Below are positions 38,994-49,696 of a DNA stretch of 64,000 nt, in pieces (position 1 is the first letter of the stretch; each line of letters begins with the position of its first letter). Under the pieces are notes generated by a model. It saw nothing but the letters and a program-made list of their open reading frames with translations, was not told the DNA's origin and searched no databases. Source of the DNA: a plasmid; the sequence record NZ_CP120537.1; one strand, written 5' to 3'. The position numbers were made by a program, and so were the translations under genes.

Positions 38994-39491
38994 ATGGTAA
39001 AAAGAATCAGTGTTTTTATTTTGATTTTTGTTTCATTCTTTTCTTATTCAAAAGTAAGTGTTATAGGATTAATAATAAATCAAGATACTAAAAAAATAGT
39101 GGCTGAAAAATACACTATAAAAAATGACAAGTCTCAATGGAGATGGGATTTGCTTCCAATGGAAGTGAAAGTTGATCATATCAAAAAAGCAGACGTTTCA
39201 TTTGATGGCGATATTTTAAAAGGTGTGTGGCTTACATTACCTAAAGATAATTTTAATTATTTCAATGAAATACTAAAAAACAAATATGCATTGAAAGAAG
39301 AAAATACACCATTTTTAGGTGATAAGTATGCTATTTTTGAAAAAGAAAATGTTATTATTTGGATTCAGGCAAAACATATGTCTTTTGATATGAATGTTGT
39401 ATATATGGATAAAGTATTTAAAGAAAAACTAGAAAAAGATATTAATGAAATAAAACAAGAAAGCAGAGAACGACTCATTGAACAACTATAA
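38994..39491 (+). CDS. AT-rich membrane-anchored protein, 165 aa, in the TraS (entry-exclusion) position.
   Basis: N-terminal transmembrane segment; low GC; positional call only. Confidence 0.4.
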   Translation: MVKRISVFILIFVSFFSYSKVSVIGLIINQDTKKIVAEKYTIKNDKSQWRWDLLPMEVKVDHIKKADVSFDGDILKGVWLTLPKDNFNYFNEILKNKYALKEENTPFLGDKYAIFEKENVIIWIQAKHMSFDMNVVYMDKVFKEKLEKDINEIKQESRERLIEQL

Positions 39492-39579
39492 TCCTAACGC
39501 ACTTCGTTTGTTAACAGTCTATTCCCCTTAATAATAAATTTTTCAGGGGAATAGACTGTCTCGTCTCAAGAGGTTTCCA

Positions 39580-39786
39580 ATGGCTGATGAAATTGATGTC
39601 TCTCAAGCTGAGAGCGATTTTTTGCTGTCTCTAAGATTGAGTCAACGTGCTCAATATCAGGGGCAGAGTGCAAAAGTTTGCGTCGAGTGCGGTGATAATA
39701 TCCCGCTGGCTCGTCGAATCGCCTTACCTGGTGTTCAGCACTGCGTGGGTTGTGTCGAGCGCCAAGAGTTGTTCCGTTCCAGATAA
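39580..39786 (+). CDS. traR: TraR (DksA/TraR C4 zinc-finger protein).
   Basis: 'CVECGDNIPLARRIALPGVQHCVGC' C4 finger parallels F TraR; relocated relative to F (there it lies between traV and traC). Confidence 0.75.
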   Translation: MADEIDVSQAESDFLLSLRLSQRAQYQGQSAKVCVECGDNIPLARRIALPGVQHCVGCVERQELFRSR

Positions 39787-39839
39787 TGATTTTTCACATT
39801 CATACCCCGAATTTTTCCAAATATCTATTGAGGTTACAA

Positions 39840-40228
39840 TGAAAAATATAATCCGTAATAAAGCGGTGTTCGCTTTATCGTTACTATTTTTGTCAAATAT
39901 CACCTATTCATCAGAAGAAAAGAATAAACTTGATGAAGTTATGCTTTATTTTACATTATCTCAATGCAGTGAGTACGTGATTGGTACTCAACATCCCGAT
40001 AAAACGCTTGATGACAATATAACAACTTATTTGGATTATCTTAGAATAGACAAAAAGGATATTTCGTTTCTCTCACAAGAAATCATTAAATTTAAAGACA
40101 CCTTACCCACATTAGACCCTGTGTTATTTAAAGATAATGAAAATAGAGATAAAGAAGTTTCATTTTGTGCAATAGCCTCAGCGCATTATATTGAACAGTT
40201 AAAGAATAAATTGGGATTAACAAAATAA
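39840..40228 (+). CDS. Secreted AT-rich protein, ~129 aa. The ORF-track entry starting at 39647 is an artefactual N-terminal extension.
   Basis: Signal peptide 'MKNIIRNKAVFALSLLFLSNITYS'. Confidence 0.4.
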
Positions 40229-40291
40229 GTGACCTTCCTTCTCCGACTTTAAATCCTATTTTTTTTCTTATTAATTTAGAGTGATTTCATT

Positions 40292-42514
40292 ATGAGTTCA
40301 ACCAAGCATATTACGCAGGGTGGACAAGTCTTTAGCTATATGCTCGGCATGTTCATGCAAGTCAATAAGCGAATATCTTTTTGGCTTATTCTATTTTTCT
40401 TGATGATCTTCCCGATTATTTTTTATTTTAAAGTGCCACTGCAAGAAATTAAAAATGGCGGATTATATTGGTGGTTATATTTAACCGCAGGCGGTGAAAA
40501 AGCCTTATATCGCGTGGCACCCATTTATGAAGTGGATTTTGATGGCCAACTTTATCGGTTTACCTCAGATGCGATATTAAAAGACGATTATATGATCTAT
40601 GCCGGAAATATCGTGCTACAAGAATTGGGATTATCCTTATTATGGGCATGTATTGTCGTCATTGTGCTGTTTTTTGTCATCTACCGAGTATTTCATGGCT
40701 TAGGTAAGCGCCAAGCGAATGATGATGTGATTGGTGGGCGTACACTCACGGAAGATATTAAGCATGTTCGCAATATGCTGCATGCACGACGCGAAGCGTC
40801 GCCTATTACTTTTGATGGGTTACCCCTGAAGCTTAACAGTGAAGTGCAAAACATGCTAATGCACGGTACGCCCGGTTCAGGAAAATCAAATACCCTCAAT
40901 AAATTACTTATCCAGCTTCGCAAACGCGGCGATATGGTGATTGTTTATGATAAAGGGTGTTCCTTAATCAAACAGCATTACAATGAGAACATTGATAAGC
41001 TACTGAACCCATTGGATAAACGGTGTGAAAATTGGGATTTGTGGAGTGAATGCGTCACTATCCCTGATTTTGACAGCGCGTCCAATACGCTTATTCCCCA
41101 AAGCACTTCAGAAGATCCGTTTTGGACAGGGTCGGCGCGTACCATTTTTACGACTGTCGCGGCTAAACTCGGTAAGGATGATAAGCGAAGCTATAACAAA
41201 TTATTGCGTACCTTATTGGCCATTGATCTTAAGACGTTGCGTGCGTATGTCGCAGGAACGGAAGCCAGTAACTTGATGGAAGAGAAGGTGGAAAAGACTG
41301 CCATTTCAATTCGGGGTGTCTTGACTATCTATGTTAAAGCGCTGCGCTACCTACAAGGGATTGAGCGTAATGGTAAACCGCCATTTGCGATCCGTGAATG
41401 GATGAAAACCGTCAACGAGAAAAAAGACCGTCACGGTTGGTTGTGGATCACCAGTAATGAACGTGAACATGAGTCTCTAAAACCGTTAATTTCCATGTGG
41501 TTATCGCAAGCGGCGAATACGTTACTGGAAATGGGTGATAACCGCGAGCGCCGAGTGTGGTTTATCTATGACGAATTGATTTCATTGCACCAGTTACCGA
41601 ATTTACCCCTCATTTTGTCACAAGGCCGTAAATTTGGCGGATGTTTTATTCTTGGCTTTCAAAATAAAGCACAACTGAATGTGACTTATGGTAATGAAAA
41701 TGCTGATGCAATGATGGATTTACTGAATACCCGCTTTTTCTTTCGTTCTCCCGATGAAAGTATCGCTAATTGGGTACGCGGTCAGCTCGGGCAAACGCGT
41801 AAAAAAGTGGCCAGTGAGCAATACAGCTTCGGGCCTGAAACAGTACGCGACGGTGTGTCATTCAGTAAGCAGCAAGAGGATGTGGATTTAATCAACTACT
41901 CCGATGTGCAAAAACTGCCCGATTTAACGTGTTATATCACATTGCCTGGGGAATACCCGGTCATTAAGCACGCCATGAAATATGAAAAGCTGAAAGTCAT
42001 CGCGGAAGAATTTATCCCACGACAAATCAATGACAGCTTAGACCAAGAGATTGAAGCTGAAATTGACGAGCGGTTAAGCCTGGGGGCGCTGCCTGACGTG
42101 GTTAATCAGGCCATTGATAGCTTAATTAGCGGTAAACCGATTGAAACACCCGTTGATACGGCACAAAACAATATCGCTCCGGAAGTGGCTCAGACTCAAC
42201 CACAGTCTATCGTTGAGCTCACATCGCAGTCAGTCACACAAAACTCCACGCCGATAACATCGGAAACCGCAGCATCTGGCAATCCACCGGAAGCCCAAGG
42301 CGGGCAGGAGGTCATCATTGATAACGTCTTGGTGAATACGGAAACAGGGGAAGTTTTGGGGGCAGTCGTTGAACAAGAGGAAAATCCACAAGACCTGTAT
42401 GACAGTTACACGCGCATGCGGCAGGACGAAAAGGAAATTTTTAACCGACCCAAACCTTCCCAAGAAAAGCCAAAACACATAAATGATGATCATGATGAAC
42501 CGGAGATGTGGTGA
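40292..42514 (+). CDS. traD: TraD (type IV coupling protein).
   Basis: Two N-terminal transmembrane segments; Walker A 'GTPGSGKS'; 740 aa. Confidence 0.9.
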   Translation: MSSTKHITQGGQVFSYMLGMFMQVNKRISFWLILFFLMIFPIIFYFKVPLQEIKNGGLYWWLYLTAGGEKALYRVAPIYEVDFDGQLYRFTSDAILKDDYMIYAGNIVLQELGLSLLWACIVVIVLFFVIYRVFHGLGKRQANDDVIGGRTLTEDIKHVRNMLHARREASPITFDGLPLKLNSEVQNMLMHGTPGSGKSNTLNKLLIQLRKRGDMVIVYDKGCSLIKQHYNENIDKLLNPLDKRCENWDLWSECVTIPDFDSASNTLIPQSTSEDPFWTGSARTIFTTVAAKLGKDDKRSYNKLLRTLLAIDLKTLRAYVAGTEASNLMEEKVEKTAISIRGVLTIYVKALRYLQGIERNGKPPFAIREWMKTVNEKKDRHGWLWITSNEREHESLKPLISMWLSQAANTLLEMGDNRERRVWFIYDELISLHQLPNLPLILSQGRKFGGCFILGFQNKAQLNVTYGNENADAMMDLLNTRFFFRSPDESIANWVRGQLGQTRKKVASEQYSFGPETVRDGVSFSKQQEDVDLINYSDVQKLPDLTCYITLPGEYPVIKHAMKYEKLKVIAEEFIPRQINDSLDQEIEAEIDERLSLGALPDVVNQAIDSLISGKPIETPVDTAQNNIAPEVAQTQPQSIVELTSQSVTQNSTPITSETAASGNPPEAQGGQEVIIDNVLVNTETGEVLGAVVEQEENPQDLYDSYTRMRQDEKEIFNRPKPSQEKPKHINDDHDEPEMW

Positions 42515-45500
42515 TGCTGACTGTTGCACCGATTGCCAATAATGCGGCAAATTATTATACCCATGAAGACAATTATTATTTTCTCGGCAACCTTGAAGCC
42601 CGCTGGATGGGTGAAGGTGCTAAATCACTTGGATTAGAAGGCGAAGTCACTAAAGACCAATTAGGTGGGATCCTTGAGGGGCGCTTACCCAATGGCCAAA
42701 GTCTTGAGCGGATGGAAAACGGTAAAAATGCGCACCGTGAAGGGCATGACTTAACGTTTTCAGCACCCAAAAGTGTCTCGGTATTAGGACTTGTTCTTGG
42801 CGATAAGCGTATGATTGACGCACATAATCATGCCGTCGAGGTCGCCCTGAAAGAAGTGGAGAGCCTCGCGTCAACGCGAGTGATGGTTGACGGAAAAACG
42901 TCGCTGGAAATGACCAAAAACTTAGTTATCGCGGCATTTAACCATGATACGTCCCGCGAGCACGATCCTTTAGTCCATACGCATGCTCTTGTGATGAACA
43001 TGACCGAACACAATGGCGAGTGGCGCACGTTATCCAGTGATACACAGCAAAAAAGCGGCTTTAGTGAGGCGGTTTATGCCTTACAAGTGTCATTAGGGCA
43101 AATCTACCGCCATGCTTTACGTGAGCGTGTGGAAAGCTTTGGCATGCAAACCCATGAAACAGGCAAGAATGGATTATGGGAAATTGTGGGCGTGCCCGTT
43201 GTGCCGTTTTCTCAGCGGCATTACCAAATCATGGATGCGGTGGGGCATGAAGCCTCACTCAAATCCCGTGATGTGGCCGCCCTCGATACGCGTCAAGCCA
43301 AAACAACCCCTGAAAAAAGTGAGTTGTTGACCGACTGGTTTGACCGCTTGGATAAAAATGGCTTTGGCCCTGAAGAACGCAAAGCGTTTTACGCTGAAGC
43401 CGAGCAGCGTCTTGCCAAAGGCCAGATGGGTGATACCTCTCGGGATATACAGCCCGATATTACCCGCGCTGTCACTGATGCGATTGCGTTACTCAGTGAT
43501 AAGCAGCTTAGTATGACTTACAGCCAAGTGTTGGCTAAAACGCTTGGGGGATTGGAAGCCCGTGCGGGCATGATAGCGCAGGTGCGTGAAGCGATTGATG
43601 TGGCGATTGAACAGCGTCAACTTATTCCACTGGATGAGAAAAAAGGGTTGTTTACCTCGTCCATTCATTTAATGGACGAGCTGAAGCTGCAACAAATCGC
43701 CACCGACATGAAGCAACATAACCGTACCGTCAGTTTTCAGGTGCGGACAGAAACCCTCACGCCAGTCATGGAAAAAGTGGCGGACACCTTACCCAATATT
43801 GCGATTGTGGCCAGTCAAGGGCTTGGTAAAGCGCAGCGAGACGGGGTATTAGACGGTGTCACGATGGCCCAATCACAAGGGCGTGACGTGGCTGTAATGA
43901 CCCTTGATGCGACCAGCGGTAAAGCGTTTGCCAATGATAATCGCTTTGCCACTGTGCCAAAAATGACGCTGGGTGATGGTCAACCACTCAAGCCCAACAG
44001 TACCTTAGTGGTGGCTAATGCGGAAAAACTGTCATTGAAATCGGCCTTATCTCTACTGGAAAATGCTCAATCTGCCAATGTGCAGGTGCTCATGATGGAC
44101 AGTGGCGGCCGTAAAGGTACGGGAAACGTGTTGGCGACGCTGCAAGATGCGGGGGTGCCACGTTTTAAAGGTGAGTCTTCCGCTGTCTTGACGGTGAAAA
44201 CGGCACACATTCCCGATAAAAATCATCGTTATGCGGCATTGGCGGCGGATTATGCACAGCTACACAGTGACATGAAACCCGTGGTTGCGCAGGTCAGTGG
44301 CGTTCGGGAACAAAAAATTGTCACTGACACCATTCGCCAAACGCTCACTGAGCGGGGCATGCTCAGTGAAAAAACGGTGACGGTGACACAGCTCAAACCC
44401 GTGTGGCTCGACAGCCATTCGCGCAAGCAAATCGACAGCTACCGTGAAGGCATGGTGATGGAGCGTTGGAATGCGGATAAAAAAGAGGTTGAACGTTACA
44501 CCATTGACCGTGTGACGCCTGAAACTCGGTCGGTCACGTTGCTTGACAGTCAAGGGCAAAAACAGGTGATGAAACCGCAGCAATTTGATGGCCAATGGAG
44601 TGCGTATCAACGCCAAACGATGGACATCAAGCAAGGCGAGCAGTTAACGATATTGGCGAAGCAAAATAAGCTCTCTGCACGTGACAGGGTCACGGTAACT
44701 GGGTTTATGCCAAACGCAATAATGGTTAATTTCAACGGAAAAACGCACCGTATTGATGTACGAGACGGTGTCAAAGCCGATTATGGTTATGTTACCGCGC
44801 CAGGGCAACAGGCTAACGATACGGGCACAGTGTTATTGGCCGCATCAGCACGGGATACGCAACCCACATTACTCAATACGGCTGCGCGCAGTGGTGAACA
44901 TATTACCGTGTATACGCCACTGGATAAGATGGAAACCGAGCGTCGTTTATCGCGTTCGCCAGTCTATCAGCAAGCGCGGCAGTTAGCGGGGGTTGAAGGG
45001 TTAGACAGCAAAGCCATTGAACAAGCCGTCGATAAAGCCACGGAAGCGTTATTGTCTAAGCCCGAAAAAGCCCTGCAACAAGGCATGGCGTTAGCACAAG
45101 AGAGTCAGGTTTTTTTCTCGCGCATCGATGCAATTGCCAAAGCGTTACCATTACACAACTCGCTCGACAGTCAATCGCTTGGGAAAGCTTTTGACCGCTT
45201 AGTCGCCCAAAAAGCCATCATCCCCGTGACCAGTGGTAAAGGCGCAGCCCAACAACGCTACGTGACGGCCAGTACGTGGGAGATGGAAAAGCAAATCCTG
45301 ACCACCATTTTAGCCGGCAAAGGAACACAAACCCCACTGATGGAGTCTGTTCCTGAAGCCGTACTGGAAGGGCTAACGGAGGGGCAAAAGGCCGCCACTA
45401 CATTGATTTTAACCACGCGTGACCAGTTTGTCGGCATACAAGGCTATGCCGGGGTGGGGAAAACAACTCAGCTGAAGGCTGTTCTCAAGGCCTTGGAAAC

Positions 45501-47640
45501 ACTCCCTGAGACGCAGCGACCGGAAGTGATAGGTCTTGCCCCCACACACCGAGCGGTGGGGGAAATGGCCGCTGTGGGGGTGAAATCACAAACCTTGCAT
45601 GCCTTTTTGATGGATGCGAATCAACGCCAACAGCAAGGGGAAGTGCTGGATTTTAAAAACACCCTCTTTTTAGTCGACGAAGGTTCGATGGTCGGAAACA
45701 AAATTATGACTGAAGTGTTAGACGTGATTGGGCGCGGTGGCGGGCGAGCGCCGATTTCAGGGGATAGGGCGCAGCTATTGTCGGTGGACAGTGGTACACC
45801 GTTTTCCCTCGCGCAAGACCGTTCAACGCTGACGACTGCGGTTGTGAACGAAATTGTACGGCAAAGACCCGAGCTTCGCCCTGCGATTGAAGCCATCATA
45901 GCCGGTAATATTCAAACTGCGATGGATACGATGAATCGCGTGACGCCTGATGTGGTTCCCCGTCGCGCGGGGGCGGAATTCCCCGAACAGTCGGTGATAA
46001 ATTCAGGCGACAAGGTCATCACACATATTCTTGATGACTATCGCGGACGAACGGTTGAAGCCCAAAAAGAGACACTGATTGTGGCACAAACCAACCGCGA
46101 TAAAGATGAACTTAATCGCGGTATTCATCAAATCTTAGTCGAGCAAGGGCAATTACAAGGGGGAAAAGACGTCCCGATATTGGTGCGTGAAAGTACGCGC
46201 ACAGAGGCCTTGTTATCAACGGCAGGACTGGCAAAACATGCCGGTAAAATTGCCCTCATCCAAGAGCAGTACTATCGGATTGAGGTGACTCAAGAGGGCG
46301 TCAGTGACGGAGTTGTGACCCTGGTTGATGAACAAGGCAAAAGGCATTTACTTTCGGCCTTTGAAAGTAGCTTGCTGGATATTGGTATTTACCGCCAAGA
46401 AACCCGTCATATCGCCGCAGGGGAAAAAATCAACTTTACTCGCACGGATAAAGAGCGCGGACGCGTGATGAACAGTGACTGGACGGTCAGTGAAGTCAGT
46501 GGTAACGGGCAAATCACCATTACTAAGGGCGATGAGTCACGCGTGCTTAGCCCGAATAGCGAATTGACAGACCAACATCTGGATTACGGTTATGCGGGCA
46601 CGGCACACAAAGCGCAAGGGGCAAGTAGCTTGTATGTGATTGTCCTTGGGGGGGTTGAGTCAGGACGACGTATGCTGGCCACCTTACGTGATGCGTATGT
46701 GGCTTTATCTCGTACTAAAGCGCACGTGCAAACCTACAGTGATGATTTGGATAAATGGACAAAAGCCATTGAAAACCCCGGAAACCGGAAGACCGCGCAT
46801 GATGTGTTGCTGGCTGAGCAAGACCGTGCCGCCAAAGTCGGTAATCAACTGTTTGACCATGCGAAACCCCTTAATGATACGGCGATTGGTCGCGCTTTAA
46901 GTCGGCAAATGGGGCTCGGTGAATCCCATGAAGGGAAGTTTGTTTATCCGTCCACCAAGCACCCCGAGCCACATGTGGCGTGGCCCGCATTTAATGAACA
47001 CGGTAAAGCCCAAGGTACGGTGTTACAAGCGATTGAACTTGAAGAGGATAAATTGAAGGGGCTTCGTGCTGAAGTGCGCTTACTGGGAAGCGAGCAGGCA
47101 CAATTTATTGTCGTCAAACCCAGTCAAAACGGGCACACCGTGATTGTGAACAGTCTAGAATCCGCTTTTGAGACGATGGCACAGCAACCCGAACAGGGTG
47201 TGGTGGTGCAACTCAATCCGGATGAACGTTTACACACGGCCATGATTGAAAAAATCACGCAAGGGGAAGTGGATAACGCCTATTCCAACCCGAATACCGC
47301 GCAAACCGATAAAGCAGACAGTGACCCGAAAAACCTGCAAACCCCCGAGGAGCAGGCGATTGATAAAGCCTTAAAAGAGGCTGAAGCTGCCCTGCGTCAG
47401 CAAGCGAACAGCGAGCCTAAAGTGCCAGAACTGAGCGAGGACGAACTGAGGCAGGTGATGGCGCAAGAGCGTGATAGCTTACTTAAAGGGGAACATGACT
47501 TAATGGAGGCGAAAGAGCGAGTCATTGAAAAGGCCGTTCAGTTTGAGCGTGAACATCAGCAACAACAACGAGACGTTTTGCGTCAACAAGAGCGTGAAAT
47601 GGTGATGGAAAAATCCCGTGACCGTGAGTTTGGTGATTAA
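42508..47640 (+). CDS. traI: TraI (MOBF relaxase-helicase).
   Basis: N-terminal Tyr pair 'YYTHEDNYY'; His triad 'HDTSREHDPLVHTHALV'; helicase Walker A 'GYAGVGKT'; 1710 aa. Confidence 0.95.
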   Translation: MVMLTVAPIANNAANYYTHEDNYYFLGNLEARWMGEGAKSLGLEGEVTKDQLGGILEGRLPNGQSLERMENGKNAHREGHDLTFSAPKSVSVLGLVLGDKRMIDAHNHAVEVALKEVESLASTRVMVDGKTSLEMTKNLVIAAFNHDTSREHDPLVHTHALVMNMTEHNGEWRTLSSDTQQKSGFSEAVYALQVSLGQIYRHALRERVESFGMQTHETGKNGLWEIVGVPVVPFSQRHYQIMDAVGHEASLKSRDVAALDTRQAKTTPEKSELLTDWFDRLDKNGFGPEERKAFYAEAEQRLAKGQMGDTSRDIQPDITRAVTDAIALLSDKQLSMTYSQVLAKTLGGLEARAGMIAQVREAIDVAIEQRQLIPLDEKKGLFTSSIHLMDELKLQQIATDMKQHNRTVSFQVRTETLTPVMEKVADTLPNIAIVASQGLGKAQRDGVLDGVTMAQSQGRDVAVMTLDATSGKAFANDNRFATVPKMTLGDGQPLKPNSTLVVANAEKLSLKSALSLLENAQSANVQVLMMDSGGRKGTGNVLATLQDAGVPRFKGESSAVLTVKTAHIPDKNHRYAALAADYAQLHSDMKPVVAQVSGVREQKIVTDTIRQTLTERGMLSEKTVTVTQLKPVWLDSHSRKQIDSYREGMVMERWNADKKEVERYTIDRVTPETRSVTLLDSQGQKQVMKPQQFDGQWSAYQRQTMDIKQGEQLTILAKQNKLSARDRVTVTGFMPNAIMVNFNGKTHRIDVRDGVKADYGYVTAPGQQANDTGTVLLAASARDTQPTLLNTAARSGEHITVYTPLDKMETERRLSRSPVYQQARQLAGVEGLDSKAIEQAVDKATEALLSKPEKALQQGMALAQESQVFFSRIDAIAKALPLHNSLDSQSLGKAFDRLVAQKAIIPVTSGKGAAQQRYVTASTWEMEKQILTTILAGKGTQTPLMESVPEAVLEGLTEGQKAATTLILTTRDQFVGIQGYAGVGKTTQLKAVLKALETLPETQRPEVIGLAPTHRAVGEMAAVGVKSQTLHAFLMDANQRQQQGEVLDFKNTLFLVDEGSMVGNKIMTEVLDVIGRGGGRAPISGDRAQLLSVDSGTPFSLAQDRSTLTTAVVNEIVRQRPELRPAIEAIIAGNIQTAMDTMNRVTPDVVPRRAGAEFPEQSVINSGDKVITHILDDYRGRTVEAQKETLIVAQTNRDKDELNRGIHQILVEQGQLQGGKDVPILVRESTRTEALLSTAGLAKHAGKIALIQEQYYRIEVTQEGVSDGVVTLVDEQGKRHLLSAFESSLLDIGIYRQETRHIAAGEKINFTRTDKERGRVMNSDWTVSEVSGNGQITITKGDESRVLSPNSELTDQHLDYGYAGTAHKAQGASSLYVIVLGGVESGRRMLATLRDAYVALSRTKAHVQTYSDDLDKWTKAIENPGNRKTAHDVLLAEQDRAAKVGNQLFDHAKPLNDTAIGRALSRQMGLGESHEGKFVYPSTKHPEPHVAWPAFNEHGKAQGTVLQAIELEEDKLKGLRAEVRLLGSEQAQFIVVKPSQNGHTVIVNSLESAFETMAQQPEQGVVVQLNPDERLHTAMIEKITQGEVDNAYSNPNTAQTDKADSDPKNLQTPEEQAIDKALKEAEAALRQQANSEPKVPELSEDELRQVMAQERDSLLKGEHDLMEAKERVIEKAVQFEREHQQQQRDVLRQQEREMVMEKSRDREFGD

Positions 47641-47779
47641 CACCCTGTTATTTTAGTTTTAACCCGCATTGTCGGCGATTTCCGCCAGTTTCGTTTAGTT
47701 TTCTCTCGCGTCGAACCTCAAGTTTTATCACAAATTTTGTGAATAAATCGCGTCTTTATCGTGAAGACGTTGCTTGAAT

Positions 47780-48002
47780 GCGCATAGAGTGCTAAATTAG
47801 CCGACAATTGATGTGAATTTTGTGGTCGCCACGCCGAAAGGTGGCAAGAGATGGGATGTAACACACAAACATGTGCTGTGAACCCAAATAGAAAACCCCT
47901 GTAATCTTCTTCTATCTTGGCGGACCGAGGAAAGATTATCAGGGGTCATCAGAGTAATTCCGCTAGGGGTAATGTTGAACTCCTAGCGGGGAGTATAGAA
48001 TT
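47780..48002. promoter_or_regulatory. repA control region with stem-loops (GCCAC-GCCGAAAG-GTGGC; CCGCTAGG-GGTAATGTTGAACT-CCTAGCGG). CopA/CopT-like antisense target candidate.
   Basis: Inverted repeats read directly upstream of the leader peptide. Confidence 0.35.
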
Positions 48003-48059
48003 ATGTGCAAAAAAATTCAACTCCTTCCGTACAACATAAGTGCGGAGAGACATGTCTAA
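48003..48059 (+). CDS. Leader peptide (MCKKIQLLPYNISAERHV); its stop overlaps the repA start. Tap-like translational coupling.
   Basis: The ATG of repA at 48052 lies inside the leader's last codons. Confidence 0.45.
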   Translation: MCKKIQLLPYNISAERHV

Positions 48060-48990
48060 TGGGATCTCAATTCCTGCAATCCCTTGTTCCGTCGGTAAAA
48101 TTCATCGGCATTATGCGCCAAAATTTTTAGGGCAATTACCGAAATTAGTGCCTGTGCGTCGCTTTGCAGCCGCATTAAAGCGTCACGATTGGAACCGCAA
48201 CCCCCATATTTACCAACTGCGATATAGCCGAAAGCAGCGGATATCGGTGCGTTCAGAGCGTCGAGAAACCTTTGATGCATTAGCGATGGCCATGATCGCC
48301 TATGCGGATTACAACCCTGAAAGTGATGCGTTGTTCGAAGTAATGTGCTCCGTGGAGAAGTTGGCGGAGTTATGTGGACAGCTGTATCGCTATGACAGTG
48401 GTCGTAAAAGTTACGACCCGATACTGCATGCCTTGCGCGACTGGGAACAAGCCAACCTGATTGTCATTGACCGCGATTTTGATGTCGAGGCGAAGCAATA
48501 CAAAGCGATGCGTATTTGGATACGCCCTGAATTTTTCCATGGACTCGGATTTTCCGCATTAGAGCTGCGGGAAGTGGTCGCCAGCTTTAGCCGTTGGATG
48601 GAAAAAAAGGGATTAAAAGAGAGCTACCAAAAACGCTACGCCCAACATGTCTTGCGACTTGCGCGTGCGAATGTGGCGTCACTGGACACTAAGCACAAAC
48701 TTCGCAACCTGCTCAACAAGCTCAAAACCCTTGTGGTTGGGAAAGATGAAGCCCTGAAACAAGAGAAAAAACATTTAGCCAAAGCGCTGAAGGAAAAGAA
48801 AGCCTTAGCCCAAAGTACGCGTGCGCCTGAAAGTCAAGAGCATGCCGCCTGGCGTCGCTTTGAAGCCTGGAAGGTGACGCAGCCTATTGCGGCCGTCATG
48901 GCCTTTGAGCGGAAAATGAAAGCCTTGTATCCGAGTGTTCAAGGGCAGGCCATTTACCTGCATTATCTGGAACACCTACCCGACGCCTAA
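48052..48990 (+). CDS. repA: RepA-like replication initiator (IncFII RepA1-like organisation). The ORF-track start at 48040 is a GTG; the ATG at 48052 is more likely.
   Basis: Leader-peptide coupling, upstream antisense-like stem-loops, downstream repeat-rich AT region; weak direct similarity to RepA1. Confidence 0.6.
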   Translation: MSNGISIPAIPCSVGKIHRHYAPKFLGQLPKLVPVRRFAAALKRHDWNRNPHIYQLRYSRKQRISVRSERRETFDALAMAMIAYADYNPESDALFEVMCSVEKLAELCGQLYRYDSGRKSYDPILHALRDWEQANLIVIDRDFDVEAKQYKAMRIWIRPEFFHGLGFSALELREVVASFSRWMEKKGLKESYQKRYAQHVLRLARANVASLDTKHKLRNLLNKLKTLVVGKDEALKQEKKHLAKALKEKKALAQSTRAPESQEHAAWRRFEAWKVTQPIAAVMAFERKMKALYPSVQGQAIYLHYLEHLPDA

Positions 48991-49059
48991 TTCCCCCCCC
49001 CTAAATTTACCGCCTTGACTGGCGGTGGTTTCGTTCGCCCCAAATCTGGATAGCCTGTT

Positions 49060-49260
49060 TTTTGAACAGGAAATTCGTTGTTCTAATCTCTCCATTCATC
49101 TCAACGATGACACCTCGACTATTTTCGTTGGATATTTACCCCATTAACTTCGAATGGGTTTATTCTCTGCAATTAACTTCGAATCAGTTTGGGGTTTTAA
49201 AGTTAAATTCGTTTTTAGGTTCTGAACTAAACGTCCTTTTTAATAAAAGGAGTTGCGGCT
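49060..49260. repeat. AT-rich segment with direct repeats AATTAACTTCGAAT (x2) and multiple TTCGTT motifs. Candidate vegetative origin.
   Basis: Position just downstream of repA. Confidence 0.3.
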
Positions 49261-49696
49261 CTGCTTTTTCAAGCCGCACACTCTAAAGAGATAAACCCAA
49301 TAAAGCCTTCGCTTACAAGCCATAAATGGCTGTCGCTCAGATTACGGTGTCAATATCGTGCCATTGCCCCCGTAAAGCTGGCCTTTGGCCACCTTAACGC
49401 GCAGCTACAGCCGTTCATCGAGGCTACGCCTCTTGCCCGTCTCACTGCGTTTTTCAAAGGGTCAAATACGCAAAATGACGGTGTTAGTTTCAATCGGCTC
49501 AACCAGGACAGGGGGTAGATTGGGGGATTAAACAGCACGTAACCGCTCACGCGGGTCTCGACGGCCCTAACCACTATTCGTTCTTTGTGACTATTTCTGC
49601 CGTCTACAGCCCTACGGGCGGGTGATTTCGGTTAAATTTCATGATAATCTGCGATTAATGCATTGATGATAAACACGATTTTGGTGTGAGGTTGGA

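Noticed and set aside
39647-39839. N-terminal extension of ORF 39647-40228 overlapping traR.
   Set aside because: It overlaps the traR coding sequence in another frame. The signal peptide begins at the Met at 39840.
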